This document shows, in pieces, positions 53,206-62,728 of a stretch of 64,000 nucleotides of DNA; positions within the stretch are counted from its first letter, which is position 1; each line of letters starts with the position of its first letter. The DNA comes from an uncultured Planctomycetaceae bacterium (GTDB lineage: Bacteria; Planctomycetota; Planctomycetia; Isosphaerales; Isosphaeraceae). Location of the stretch: positions 3,136,001 to 3,200,000 of the forward strand of contig CAWIAD010000002.1 of assembly GCA_963833985.1 (NCBI GenBank), written 5' to 3'. Made by a program: the position numbers and the translations under genes. A model generated the notes under the pieces. It ran no database searches. It had not been told where the DNA came from and was given only the letters and a program-made list of their open reading frames with translations.

Positions 53206-54958
53206 ATGAGCGATGTAATCGGGAACCAGGTTGATCTGGGCGCTCCCGGAGCGGGGGACGGCTCCGGCCGGGCCGCAGGGCGATGGGGCTGGACTGCCAG
53301 CCTTCTGATCGGGGCGGTCGCTCTGGGCATGAACCTCGCGGGCAATGCGCGGACGGGGCTCTGGGATCGCGACGAGCCCCGGTACGCGGTGGCCGTGCGC
53401 GAGATGCACGCCAGCGGCGACTGGATCTTCCCCACGTTCAACGGCCAGCCGCGCTACCACAAGCCCATCCTGATCTACTGGCTGATGGGGCTGAGCACGG
53501 CAGTGGCCGGGGATACGCCGTTTGGCGTGCGGCTCGTCTCGGCCATCGCGGGGGCGTGCACCTGCGTGCTGGTCGGTGGCATGGGCCGGCGCAGTCTGGG
53601 GACCGCGCACGGGTCTGCTTGCCGGGCTGATGCTCGCGGTGGCGCCGATCATGGTGGCCGACTCCAAGCTGGCGACCACCGATGCCACGCTGGCGCTCTG
53701 GGTCGTGGCCTGCCAGTGCTGCCTCCGCGAGCTGACCCTGCGTCCCTCCCGGTTGCTGGCGGGGACGTTCTGGACCTGCCTGGGCCTGGCCTGCCTGACG
53801 AAGGGGCCGATCGGGCCGACGCTGCTGGCCGTGTCCGCCGCCTTGGCATGGTGGTGGGGCTGGCCGGCACGCACGGTCTGGAAGCGGCTGCATCCACGCC
53901 TGGGCTTGCTCGGCCTCGCCGCAATCACGTTACCCTGGTTCTTGACCATCGCGGTGGTCTCCCGCGGCGACTTCGTTCGCTTCGCCGTGGGCAAGCAGCT
54001 CGTCGAGCGGGTGACGACGGGCGTGGAACAGCACGGCGGCTTCCCGGGGTATTACGCCTTGCTTTCGCTGCTGGCCTTCTACCCCTGGTCGGCCCTGGTT
54101 CCGGCCGCCCTGTGGGCCATCTGGAGCCGGCGGCGCACGAATCCGGATCTGGGATTCCTGCTCGGCTGGGTGCTCGGTCCGTGGCTGCTGCTGGAGTGCC
54201 TGCCCACGCGGCTGCTGCATTACTTCTTGCCGGCCTATCCCGCGTGTGCCCTGGCGGTGGCCTGGATGCTGGAAACCATCATCGCGGAGGAAGTGACCCT
54301 GCGACGCTGGCCGCTCGGACGGTTGGGCCTGGGGCTGCTGGGAGGGATCGGCATCGCGGGAACGCTCATCTTGCTGGCCATGGCGGTTCCCGCGCCGGGG
54401 TTCCTGCGGCTGCCGCTGGCCGCCGTCTCCATCGTCCTGGGTGCAGGAACGCTCATGGCCATGCTCTGGCTGCATCGCGGCGCGACCCGGCAGGCCGTGG
54501 CCGCGCTGGGCGCGGCCTGGGTGGTTCTCATGCTCGTGGTGGGGGGATGGTTGATTCCCGCGGCCGAGCCCTACCGCACCTCCAGCAAGATTGGCCGCAG
54601 GTTCGCCGAGCTGGCGTCGGCCACCGGCATCAAGCCGGTGCTCCTGAACTACCAGGAGCCGGGTGTGGTGTACTGCATGAAGCAGACCGTCGCCACGGTC
54701 CGCAACCGCCACGAGTTCTACGGCCTGCTGGATCAGCACCAGCAGTTGCTCACGATCATCGGCATCGAGGAAGCACCGGTGCTGCGGCAGAAGTACCAGA
54801 TCGACGTCGATCTGGTGGAGGGCCTGGAGGGCTTCAGCCTGACCAAGTGGCAAAAACAGACGCTCCAGATTGCCCTGCTCCGCCGCGCGGGGGCTGAACC
54901 GCCCTCGCTGCCGTCAATCGCCCGCGCCGGGCGCGGCGAGCAGACGCTCGTAAAGTGA
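53206..54958 (+). CDS. ArnT/PMT-family (GT-C) glycosyltransferase (frameshift near 53600)
   Basis: LWDRDEPRYA..REM, RYHKPILIYWL, LTKGPIG, HYFLPAYP, many TM helices. Confidence 0.9.
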
Positions 54959-56083
54959 GCGCAGTTGCCGGGTCATCGTCTCGTGCCGGAACTGCTCCGC
55001 GAACCGGCGCCGCCCCTCCCGGCCCATGGCGTGGCGCAGGGAGGCGTCTCCGGCCAGCCGGAGGATGGCCGCCGTGAGGCCGGGGAGGTCCCGCGGCCGC
55101 AGCAGGATGCCCGTTTCCGGCAGAACGACCTCCGCGGCGCCGTCGATGTCGTAGCTGATCACCGGGCGGCCCGCCAGGAGCGCCTGCGGGAGCACCCGGG
55201 CGAGGCCCTCGCGCAGGCTGGGATGGATCACGGCGTCGACCGCGCCGAGCAACTCGGGAATCCGGTCGGGAGGAACCAGGCCGGTGAGCACGAAGGCGCC
55301 GCGGATGCCCCGCCCTTCCAGCTCCGCGATGAGCGTGTCGCGGAGAATGCCGTCGCCAATCCAGACGAACCGGACCTCGGGGTGGCCGCGCAGCACGTCG
55401 GCGGCCACGGCCACGATGTCCTCGTGTCCCTTGAGCTCGAAGAGCCGCGCGACTGTTGCGAAGGCCACATGCTCAGGGGACAGGCCCAGCTCCTGCCGGA
55501 CCTCGTCCCGCGATCTGCGGGGTTGCAGGAATGCCTCGGTATCCATGCCGCTGTAGATGGTCAGGAACTGTTCGGGCCGGCCCACACCGGCGGCAAGCGC
55601 CTGGCGGGTCATGGCATCGCACACGCTGACGATGGCGTGGCAGCGCCGGGCCGCCCAGCGCTCCAGCCCGATGTAGAGCCGGTTCCGGGCCGGGGTCTCA
55701 AATGCCCCGAAGGGCATGCCGTGGATCGTGTGTACGATCGCCGGAACGCGCTCGTGCCAGGCGGCGGCGCGGCCCAGAATCCCTGCTTTCGAGCTGTGAG
55801 TGTGGACGACCTCCGGCCTGAGCCTGCGGAACGCCGCCCGCAGCGTCCAGTAGGCTTTCTGGTCGGTCCAGGGGCGGAGCGGCCGGACAAGCTCGGGCAT
55901 GACCTCGATCTGCAATTGCCGCTCCCGGCCGCGGTCGAAGAGATCGCCCTCCGGCCCCTCCGCCGGGCCTGTGAGCAGCGTCACCTCATCATGGTAGGCG
56001 TGCTGGAGGCCGTCCACCGTCAGCAGCGTGTTCTCCTGTGCGCCGCCCAGGATCAGGCGCGTGATCACGTGGACGATTCGCAT
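54914..56083 (-). CDS. GT4 family glycosyltransferase
   Basis: MRIVHVITRLILGGAQEN, HTHSSKAG, ARLFELKGH, EGLARVLPQA. Confidence 0.93.
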   Translation of the reverse strand: MRIVHVITRLILGGAQENTLLTVDGLQHAYHDEVTLLTGPAEGPEGDLFDRGRERQLQIEVMPELVRPLRPWTDQKAYWTLRAAFRRLRPEVVHTHSSKAGILGRAAAWHERVPAIVHTIHGMPFGAFETPARNRLYIGLERWAARRCHAIVSVCDAMTRQALAAGVGRPEQFLTIYSGMDTEAFLQPRRSRDEVRQELGLSPEHVAFATVARLFELKGHEDIVAVAADVLRGHPEVRFVWIGDGILRDTLIAELEGRGIRGAFVLTGLVPPDRIPELLGAVDAVIHPSLREGLARVLPQALLAGRPVISYDIDGAAEVVLPETGILLRPRDLPGLTAAILRLAGDASLRHAMGREGRRRFAEQFRHETMTRQLRSLYERLLAAPGAGD

Positions 56084-56135
56084 TGAAAACGGTTCCTTCG
56101 CTGGCGGGGGCGCGGCCGAGACGGAGGCCGGCCTG

Positions 56136-56912
56136 TCATGTCGCTGGTTCGGGGGCTGGTGTCCCGGGTCTCGGGGCGTGCTGCACGTAAACGAGGAACA
56201 ATCCCTGCGGGGGCGCCGTTGGACCCGCCGCCACGCGGCTACCGGCGCGCAGCACGTCGCCCACCCACGATTCGGGCCGCTTGCCCGAGCCCACCCACGC
56301 GAGCGTGCCGGCGATGGCACGCACCATATTGTACAGGAAGCCGTCGGCCTCGACCTCGAGAGCCACCCGATCGTCGTCCTGTCGCGCGACGGCAAGCTCG
56401 AAGATCGTCCGCACGCTGCTGGTCCGGTTCGGCCATTCGGTCTCGAAGCTGCGGAAATCGTGCCGGCCCACCAGCGCCCGCCCCGCGCGGTTCATGGCGT
56501 CGATGTCGAGTCGGTGCGGAAACTGCCAGCTATAGCGCAGATGGAACGGGCTGGGGATCGGACCGTCATCGATCACGTAGCGATACCGCTTCGACGTGGC
56601 GTCGAGCGTGGAATGGAACGACTGCGGCATCGCGCGGGCCTCGAGGACCCGCAGGTCGCGCGGGAGCAAAGCGTTCAGCGCCCGGGTGATGACGTCCTCG
56701 CGATGCCGGCAGTCAGTGAAGAAGTGGACCACCTGCCCGAGCGCATGAACGCCCGCGTCGGTGCGGCTGCTGGCTGTCGTCTTCGGCCGCACCTGCGTGA
56801 GCGAGTTGATAGCGTCCTCGAGCGTTTCCTGGACGGTCCTCAGTCCCGGCTGACGCTGCCAGCCGCGGAAGTCCGTGCCGTCATAGCTGAGGATCAGCTT
56901 GATGTTGCGCAT
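56136..56912 (-). CDS. truA: tRNA pseudouridine(38-40) synthase
   Basis: YDGTDFRGWQRQ, SRTDAGVHA, GRHDFRSF, GFLYNMVR, TAPPQGL. Confidence 0.96.
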   Translation of the reverse strand: MRNIKLILSYDGTDFRGWQRQPGLRTVQETLEDAINSLTQVRPKTTASSRTDAGVHALGQVVHFFTDCRHREDVITRALNALLPRDLRVLEARAMPQSFHSTLDATSKRYRYVIDDGPIPSPFHLRYSWQFPHRLDIDAMNRAGRALVGRHDFRSFETEWPNRTSSVRTIFELAVARQDDDRVALEVEADGFLYNMVRAIAGTLAWVGSGKRPESWVGDVLRAGSRVAAGPTAPPQGLFLVYVQHAPRPGTPAPEPAT

Positions 56913-56949
56913 GATCCTGTTCGATTGCCCGAACGCCTCCTTCCCGGGC

Positions 56950-57966
56950 TCAGGACCGGGCCGGCTCCAGCTTGAGGAGTTCTTCGGCGATCTGGACGGC
57001 GTTGGTGGCCGCCCCCTTGCGGAGGTTGTCGCTGACGCACCAGAAGAGCAAGGTATTGGGGCGGCTGAGATCCTGGCGAATGCGTCCCACGAAGACGTCG
57101 TCACAGCCGGCAGCCGAGGCAGCCAGCGGATAGCTGCCGGTGGCTGGATCGTCGAGCAGGGTCACGCCCGGCGCGTTCGACCAGAGCCCGCGCGCTTGCT
57201 CGACGCTGATCGGCCGCTCGGTCTCGACAAGGATCGATTCGCTGTGGCTGTAGGCCACGGGCACGCGCACGCAGGTGGGAGAGACCTCCATCGTCTCGTC
57301 GCCCATGATCTTGCGCGTCTCGTTGACCATCTTCATCTCCTCCTTGGTGTAACCGCCGGCCAGGAAGTCGTCAATGTGCGGGATGCAGTTGCCGACGATG
57401 GGATGCGCGAACTTCGCCGGCGCGGGCATCGCCTGCTTCTGGACCGCGGCTCCGAGCTGGGACTCCAGCTCCTGGATCCCTCTCATGCCCGCGCCCGAGA
57501 CCGACTGGTACGTGCTGACGACGACACGGCGCACCCGCGCCACATCGTGCAGGGGCTTGAGCGCGACGACCATCTGGATGGTCGAGCAATTGGGGTTGGC
57601 GATGATCCCTTCGTTCCAGGCGATGTCGTGGGGGTTGACCTCGGGAACCACCAGGGGCACGCGCGGATCCATGCGAAAGGCGCTCGAGTTGTCCACGACG
57701 ACGGCGCCGGCGGCCGCGGCGATCGGGCTCCACTGCCGTGAGATGCTCGCCGGGGTGCTCGAGAGCACGATATCGACGCCGCGGAAGGCGTCCTGGGTGA
57801 TCGGCTCGATGACATGCTGCTGGCCGCGAAACTTCACGGCCTTGCCGGCGCTGCGTTCGGAAGCCAGGAACTTGATGCTGGCCACGGGAAAGGCCCGCTC
57901 TTCGAGCAGGCGGATCATCCGCTCTCCCACGGCCCCGCTGGCCCCCACGACGGCGATGTTCTTCAC
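56950..57966 (-). CDS. asd: Aspartate-semialdehyde dehydrogenase
   Basis: VVGASGAVG, DNSSAFRM, ANPNCSTIQ, TYQSVSGAG, DNLRKGAATNAVQ. Confidence 0.96.
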   Translation of the reverse strand: MKNIAVVGASGAVGERMIRLLEERAFPVASIKFLASERSAGKAVKFRGQQHVIEPITQDAFRGVDIVLSSTPASISRQWSPIAAAAGAVVVDNSSAFRMDPRVPLVVPEVNPHDIAWNEGIIANPNCSTIQMVVALKPLHDVARVRRVVVSTYQSVSGAGMRGIQELESQLGAAVQKQAMPAPAKFAHPIVGNCIPHIDDFLAGGYTKEEMKMVNETRKIMGDETMEVSPTCVRVPVAYSHSESILVETERPISVEQARGLWSNAPGVTLLDDPATGSYPLAASAAGCDDVFVGRIRQDLSRPNTLLFWCVSDNLRKGAATNAVQIAEELLKLEPARS

Positions 57967-58523
57967 GGCCAAACTCCTCACACGACAAGAATCCACGGCA
58001 CGCAGCGCAAACACGAGAGCCGCGACCGATCGTCCCACGCCGGCCGGAACGCCGCGGGCGTGCTCGCATCGCCTTGATCGTATCACAAGAGCGGAATGTC
58101 CGGGAGACCGTGCGCCGCGCCGCAAGCCCTTCGCGATAAAACTGGCTCAATGGAAACTGTCAACGCGCCCGGATAGGACATCCCCTGTTTCCCGCGAAGG
58201 AGACCGCCCATGCCGAATGTCATGATCCCTGAAGAAACCTTCCTGACGCATGGTTCGGCACTGGACCGGCACCGCGAGGCGACTCGTGGGTCGCGGCCGT
58301 GAACGCACCGGTGTTCGAATCCGAGGTCGAGTCGATCCGCCCTTGCCTTCCGTGTAACCGGCCTTTCCGCGGCGAGGACTGGGGCCACCAGACCGCGGTC
58401 GCGCTGGGCTTGGTCTCGTCGCTGGCAATCCCTGGAGATCCAGTTCAGGGGGCCGTCCCGAAGAAACTCCACTGATGACGGGCCGCTTCCCATGTTATCC
58501 AACCTGACGTCATGCCTCACTAT

Positions 58524-60033
58524 TTCTACTGTATCTCTACGTTCGTAGTTGGTTCTTCAAAGGGGGTAAGAGTTTGCGTGAGTAATGCTGGAAGAATCGG
58601 GCGAGCTCGTTGCGTTCCAACCAACGTGTGGTGCACCGGGAGAGCTTCTCGGGGCTGTTGACGTTGAGACGTTCCTCGATGATCCCTGCGATCAGTTGCC
58701 GCAACCGCGGTGACGTCAATGCCGGTGTCTGTATTTTTTCCCCGCCGCGTCTCCTGATTCAGGAACCACGCGGCCACGAGCGACATGGTTTGATGGTGAT
58801 GCCAGGCGATCCAGTTCCGCACCTGGTAATCGGCCAGGCCCGCCTCCCCTTTGCCCCGCTCCAGGCACTCCTCGATCCGATGCGCCAGTTTGGCCACCCG
58901 GCCAAATTCGATCAACGGAGTTTCGGCTTTACTATTTGATAAATAATAATCATGTTTAACAGTTCCATCGGCCTGTTGCTCACGCGTGATGAAGAGGACC
59001 TCCTCGAAACCTGCACGATTGCCCGGTCCTCGAGATTGGACGCGCCGCTTGATCGCGTCGACCACCAAAGGTCCCTTCTCGCCATCACGGACGTCGAGCC
59101 TCGTCCACGCCGATTCCGGCAGGGCCGCACGCCAATGATCCACACGCATGAAAGGAGCCTTGGGGGGTTGACCCCGCCCCCCATATTCCGGTGGCGGTGC
59201 CTCCAGATCGCGGATCGTCGTGTTCGACGGAACCGCCAACAGATACTGCTCCCCCCGCTCCCTCAACGCCTGGCGAAAACTCGCGGGACGGCCCATTTCA
59301 TCGTCCCCCGCCACCCACGCGTGTGGCAGCAACCCACCTTGCTCATCCAGCATCGCCAGGGCCAATTGATGGCGCGTCTGGAACTTGATGGACTTGGGGA
59401 CGCCAGCCTTGTTCCGGCGGTCGCGATCCTTGGCCCATTCCTTGGGCAAGTAAAGCCTTACATTGGTAATCGTATGCTCTTTTCTAGACGCATAAGCCAT
59501 GTAGACGCCAACCTGACAGTTCTCAACCTTCCCCAGCCGGCCGCACCACTGCCGCGCGACGCCCACCGACATAGTCCCTTTCTTGGGGAAGCCCGAAGGG
59601 TCGAAGATAATCACCCCATCCTTCTCGCCCAGTTGCTCGCCGACCTGCTGCGCCAGGATCGTGAGCAGGGGTTGATGATCCCATGGCACGTGCCCGATGA
59701 ACTTTTGGATTCCTTGTCGTTCTTGATCGTGGAGATAAGCGATTCCCTCGCCGGTCTTGTGCTCAAGCTTCGACAGCAGACCGGTAACGTACTCGGTTGC
59801 ATGTCGATGTTGTTCAGGTTCACTCAGGGTCGCAGCGAACGGCTCGATGAAGACGTCCAACCGTTCCAGCAGACCATCGACCAAGTCAGGCGACACCTGC
59901 GATTGTGCCAGCATGTCAGCCAACCGTGCTTCGTATCGTCGATCCATGACGCCCTCGCTTCCTTGTAATATCCTTGACGGAAGCGAATATCAGAAAAAAC
60001 CTTACAGTTCGTCAACCCCAGGATACAGTAGAA
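58524..60033 (-). mobile_element. IS701-family insertion sequence
   Basis: TIR TTCTACTGTATC / GATACAGTAGAA; 4-bp direct repeat CTAT at 58520-58523 and 60034-60037. Confidence 0.9.
58526..59947 (-). CDS. IS701-family DDE transposase
   Basis: FDPSGFPKKG..SVGVARQWCGRLGKVENCQVGV, RLYLPKEW, GLADYQVRNW..WHHH. Confidence 0.93.
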   Translation of the reverse strand: MDRRYEARLADMLAQSQVSPDLVDGLLERLDVFIEPFAATLSEPEQHRHATEYVTGLLSKLEHKTGEGIAYLHDQERQGIQKFIGHVPWDHQPLLTILAQQVGEQLGEKDGVIIFDPSGFPKKGTMSVGVARQWCGRLGKVENCQVGVYMAYASRKEHTITNVRLYLPKEWAKDRDRRNKAGVPKSIKFQTRHQLALAMLDEQGGLLPHAWVAGDDEMGRPASFRQALRERGEQYLLAVPSNTTIRDLEAPPPEYGGRGQPPKAPFMRVDHWRAALPESAWTRLDVRDGEKGPLVVDAIKRRVQSRGPGNRAGFEEVLFITREQQADGTVKHDYYLSNSKAETPLIEFGRVAKLAHRIEECLERGKGEAGLADYQVRNWIAWHHHQTMSLVAAWFLNQETRRGKNTDTGIDVTAVAATDRRDHRGTSQRQQPREALPVHHTLVGTQRARPILPALLTQTLTPFEEPTTNVEIQ

Positions 60034-60873
60034 CTATTCACTGAATAACCGATTACTGGAACGTGCAGGGAGATCTTCCCAATTAAGCCAGACTGTCTCG
60101 ACAGTTCGCTCTTTGACCTGCCCTCCCGATGAATGATTCGGCATGTCAAACTCTAACTTTCTCCAGCCGGTGAAAAGTCCATCGTAGACAGTTGATGGAT
60201 AACCACTTAATACTACTTTCGATTTGCATGAATTGAGAAGCCTTGCCAAATCACGATGATGTTCTTCGCTCATTTCGGCCCCATAGATCTTACGAGCACT
60301 GGGACTTCGCGTCGCATGTACATATGGTAGATCGCAATACATGAGAGTATCCGGCCCATCCCAATTACGGATGACCTCAAACGCATCTCGCTCCAAGATT
60401 TGGACCGATCGAAATCGCTCAACGACTTGGGGAAGCACCTCATCGATCGCAGACAGATAACCTGATACGACGTCGGCCATTCCCCTTCTGACTCTGTGTT
60501 TCGTGAAGCTGAATGACTCGTCCCTCCCTCCGACCGATTGTCGCCACCGGACAAAATCCTGCCTTGCTCTCTCGATGTCGTCTCCTTCATCCTCGGTACA
60601 CGCCTTCCATTCGACCTCGCTGTACGGAGTCAACGATAAACGCCGCTGGAACTCTGTGCCATGGTCGCGAATTACTCGGAAAAGTCGCGTGATTCGGTGA
60701 TCAAGATCGTTGTACACCTCGACCTGGGCTGGGGCCTTGTTGAGCAACACTGAAGCCGCACCGCCGAAAGGCTCCACATATGTATTATGTGCTGCAAAAA
60801 GAGCAATAATCCTATGGCAAAGGTAGTGCTTGCCTCCATGCCATTTTACGGGAGGTCGAAGGGGGTCAGCCAT
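60034..60873 (-). CDS. DNA adenine (N6) methyltransferase, Dam/D12 family
   Basis: KWHGGK, YVEPFGGAASV, EVYNDLD, YCDLPY (DPPY variant), VVLSGY. Confidence 0.9.
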   Translation of the reverse strand: MADPLRPPVKWHGGKHYLCHRIIALFAAHNTYVEPFGGAASVLLNKAPAQVEVYNDLDHRITRLFRVIRDHGTEFQRRLSLTPYSEVEWKACTEDEGDDIERARQDFVRWRQSVGGRDESFSFTKHRVRRGMADVVSGYLSAIDEVLPQVVERFRSVQILERDAFEVIRNWDGPDTLMYCDLPYVHATRSPSARKIYGAEMSEEHHRDLARLLNSCKSKVVLSGYPSTVYDGLFTGWRKLEFDMPNHSSGGQVKERTVETVWLNWEDLPARSSNRLFSE

Positions 60874-60947
60874 GCTTTCGCTTTCTGCTTCTACTGCTCT
60901 GTGAGACAAGCGGACGACATTGGACGAAAGGCTTATTCTTTGTCGCG

Positions 60948-61622
60948 TTACTTCCTAACACCTACACGGCGGCATCTAGCAACCAGAGGACAAATGCTGC
61001 AACGGGGGACCAGCGGAGTACAGATGTCGCGTCCAAATGCTATCATGTTAACGTGCAGGTCGTATCGTAGGTCTGGCGGGATTTTGTTCTGCAATCGGTC
61101 CATGTCCTTCGGAGAGCAACTCTTATTGGGTCGCGTTGGACGAATCCAACCTAATCGCCGCGATATTCTCCAGCAATGAGTATCAACTGGGAAAACCTCC
61201 CTTTCCAGAGCATACATCATTACGCACCTGGCGATTTTCCTGCCGACACCGGGGAGGCTGGTAAGAAACTGTTCGCATTCTTGGTCGCTGCGTTGCTGCA
61301 GCGGCGAGAGGGTCACTTCATCGAAAATATTGTTAATACGAGTTAATATACGCTTGATGATTCCTGCCTTTTGTGCCGCCAGCCCAGCCTCTCGAAAGCA
61401 ATCTGCGATATCCGAAGTCGGGGCTTCTACGAGTTGCTCTATCAGTGGATAACGATCTCTCAGTGTTTTATAAGACGCACGGTATTTCCGCTCATCGGTG
61501 CGGACACTACAGACGACGAATAGCAGATCGTCTAAAGGGTCCTTGTAGTTGTAGTGATCGGGGCTACCGTAACGATCTCTGAGTATCGAGGTTATTAAAT
61601 GCACATGTGATGCGTATGGCAT
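60948..61622 (-). CDS. HhH-GPD DNA glycosylase (endonuclease III-like) with 4Fe-4S cluster
   Basis: LTSLPGVGRKIARC, FPVDTHCWRI, C-x6-C-x2-C-x5-C. Confidence 0.9.
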   Translation of the reverse strand: MPYASHVHLITSILRDRYGSPDHYNYKDPLDDLLFVVCSVRTDERKYRASYKTLRDRYPLIEQLVEAPTSDIADCFREAGLAAQKAGIIKRILTRINNIFDEVTLSPLQQRSDQECEQFLTSLPGVGRKIARCVMMYALEREVFPVDTHCWRISRRLGWIRPTRPNKSCSPKDMDRLQNKIPPDLRYDLHVNMIAFGRDICTPLVPRCSICPLVARCRRVGVRK

Positions 61623-61677
61623 TGGGGCGATCGTCTCTGAATTGTCACCTTGCCGGACGCGGCAACTAGTGAACCCT

Positions 61678-62642
61678 CTAGAGCTGTGAGAAAAGGTTCA
61701 TCTGGGTACCAGGTGCTAATTTTATCGGCTTCCCATCCTTGAGGTTCATGGCAACTCGGATTACCTCGCCGAGTGCTCTGCCTAGGAGTGGAGGAACCGC
61801 GTTTCCAACTTGCTTCAGCTGCTGCCATTCACTCGTTCGTAGCACGAACCCGTCATGAAAACTCTGTAATCGCATGGCCTCACGAACGGTGATCCAGCGA
61901 TCAAGAGTAGGGTGAACCCATTCGCTGAGATCCCGGTGCATTTGGGCCATCAACGTGTATGCAACCTGATCCGGGTGGAACCTTCGCCATTTCTCGGGTC
62001 TTGCGTTGTCCCAAACGTGCTTGGGTAAGGAATCTGCTTTCTTGCCAGGAGCTAGGAGTTTGATCAGATTAAGCCTCCTCTCCTGTATTTCTTTAGTGTG
62101 ATGATTGAATAGCAGCACTTTCTGGGAATGAAGGTCGAACCGTCTCTGCTTCTCGTCCTTTGTGTAAGCCTTGCCATCCGCATCAAGACGCATCTCTCTT
62201 TGAAACTGCGTAAGTGACTTTCCCTTCGGGTAGAGGAGGGGTGTATCGGAGTCGGGTGCTTGAAGCGACGGTAGATCGCCTATCGCTTCAATGACGCTGG
62301 GTCCGGGATTTTTCAACTGACGCAGAGCAGCAGTGAAGACGTGCTCGATCTCAATATTGAGTACATCTGGCCGAGTCGCTAGGAAGATTGCACGCCTGCG
62401 TGCCTGCGGCACACCGAACTCCGACGCATCGACTATTTGTACTGAGAGATTAGAGTAGCCAACCGCGGAGAGTGCTTTTTGAATTCGACTGCGAAATAAG
62501 CCTTTTTTCATTAATAACATATTCGGCACATTTTCTATGATTACGAATTCAGGCTTGAGCATGGGTGCGAGGCGGCATAGATGCATGTATAGCTCATTCC
62601 TTGGGTCTGCCACGTCTCGCGGTCCAATTTGGCTGTAACCCT
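61678..62642 (-). pseudogene. DNA cytosine-C5 methyltransferase, C-terminal portion, truncated at motif IV
   Basis: GYSQIG..DPRN, IIENVPNM, FGVPQARRR, ITVREAMRLQSF, QVGNAVPP; motif I and PC are absent, reading frame ends at an in-frame TAG at the element junction. Confidence 0.88.
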
Positions 62643-62672
62643 AAACCCAGAGAAAGGACAGGCAACGCATTC

Positions 62673-62701
62673 TTGACCTGGGCTGTGGGATCGGGTAGCT
62701 T
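62673..62701 (+). promoter_or_regulatory. sigma70-type promoter of the Y1 transposase
   Basis: TTGACC-17 bp-TAGCTT, then GGAGG RBS before the ATG at 62729. Confidence 0.6.
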
Positions 62702-62728
62702 GTGCGGATCTTGCTGGGAGGTCCGCTC

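Noticed and set aside
58305..58330. tRNA or tmRNA fragment (GTTCGAATCC) as island att site
   Set aside because: The flanks do not form a T-stem or acceptor stem.
60771..60795. dif-like site (CATATGTATTATGT)
   Set aside because: Lies inside the MTase coding sequence, has the wrong spacer length and lacks the TTAAAT XerD end.
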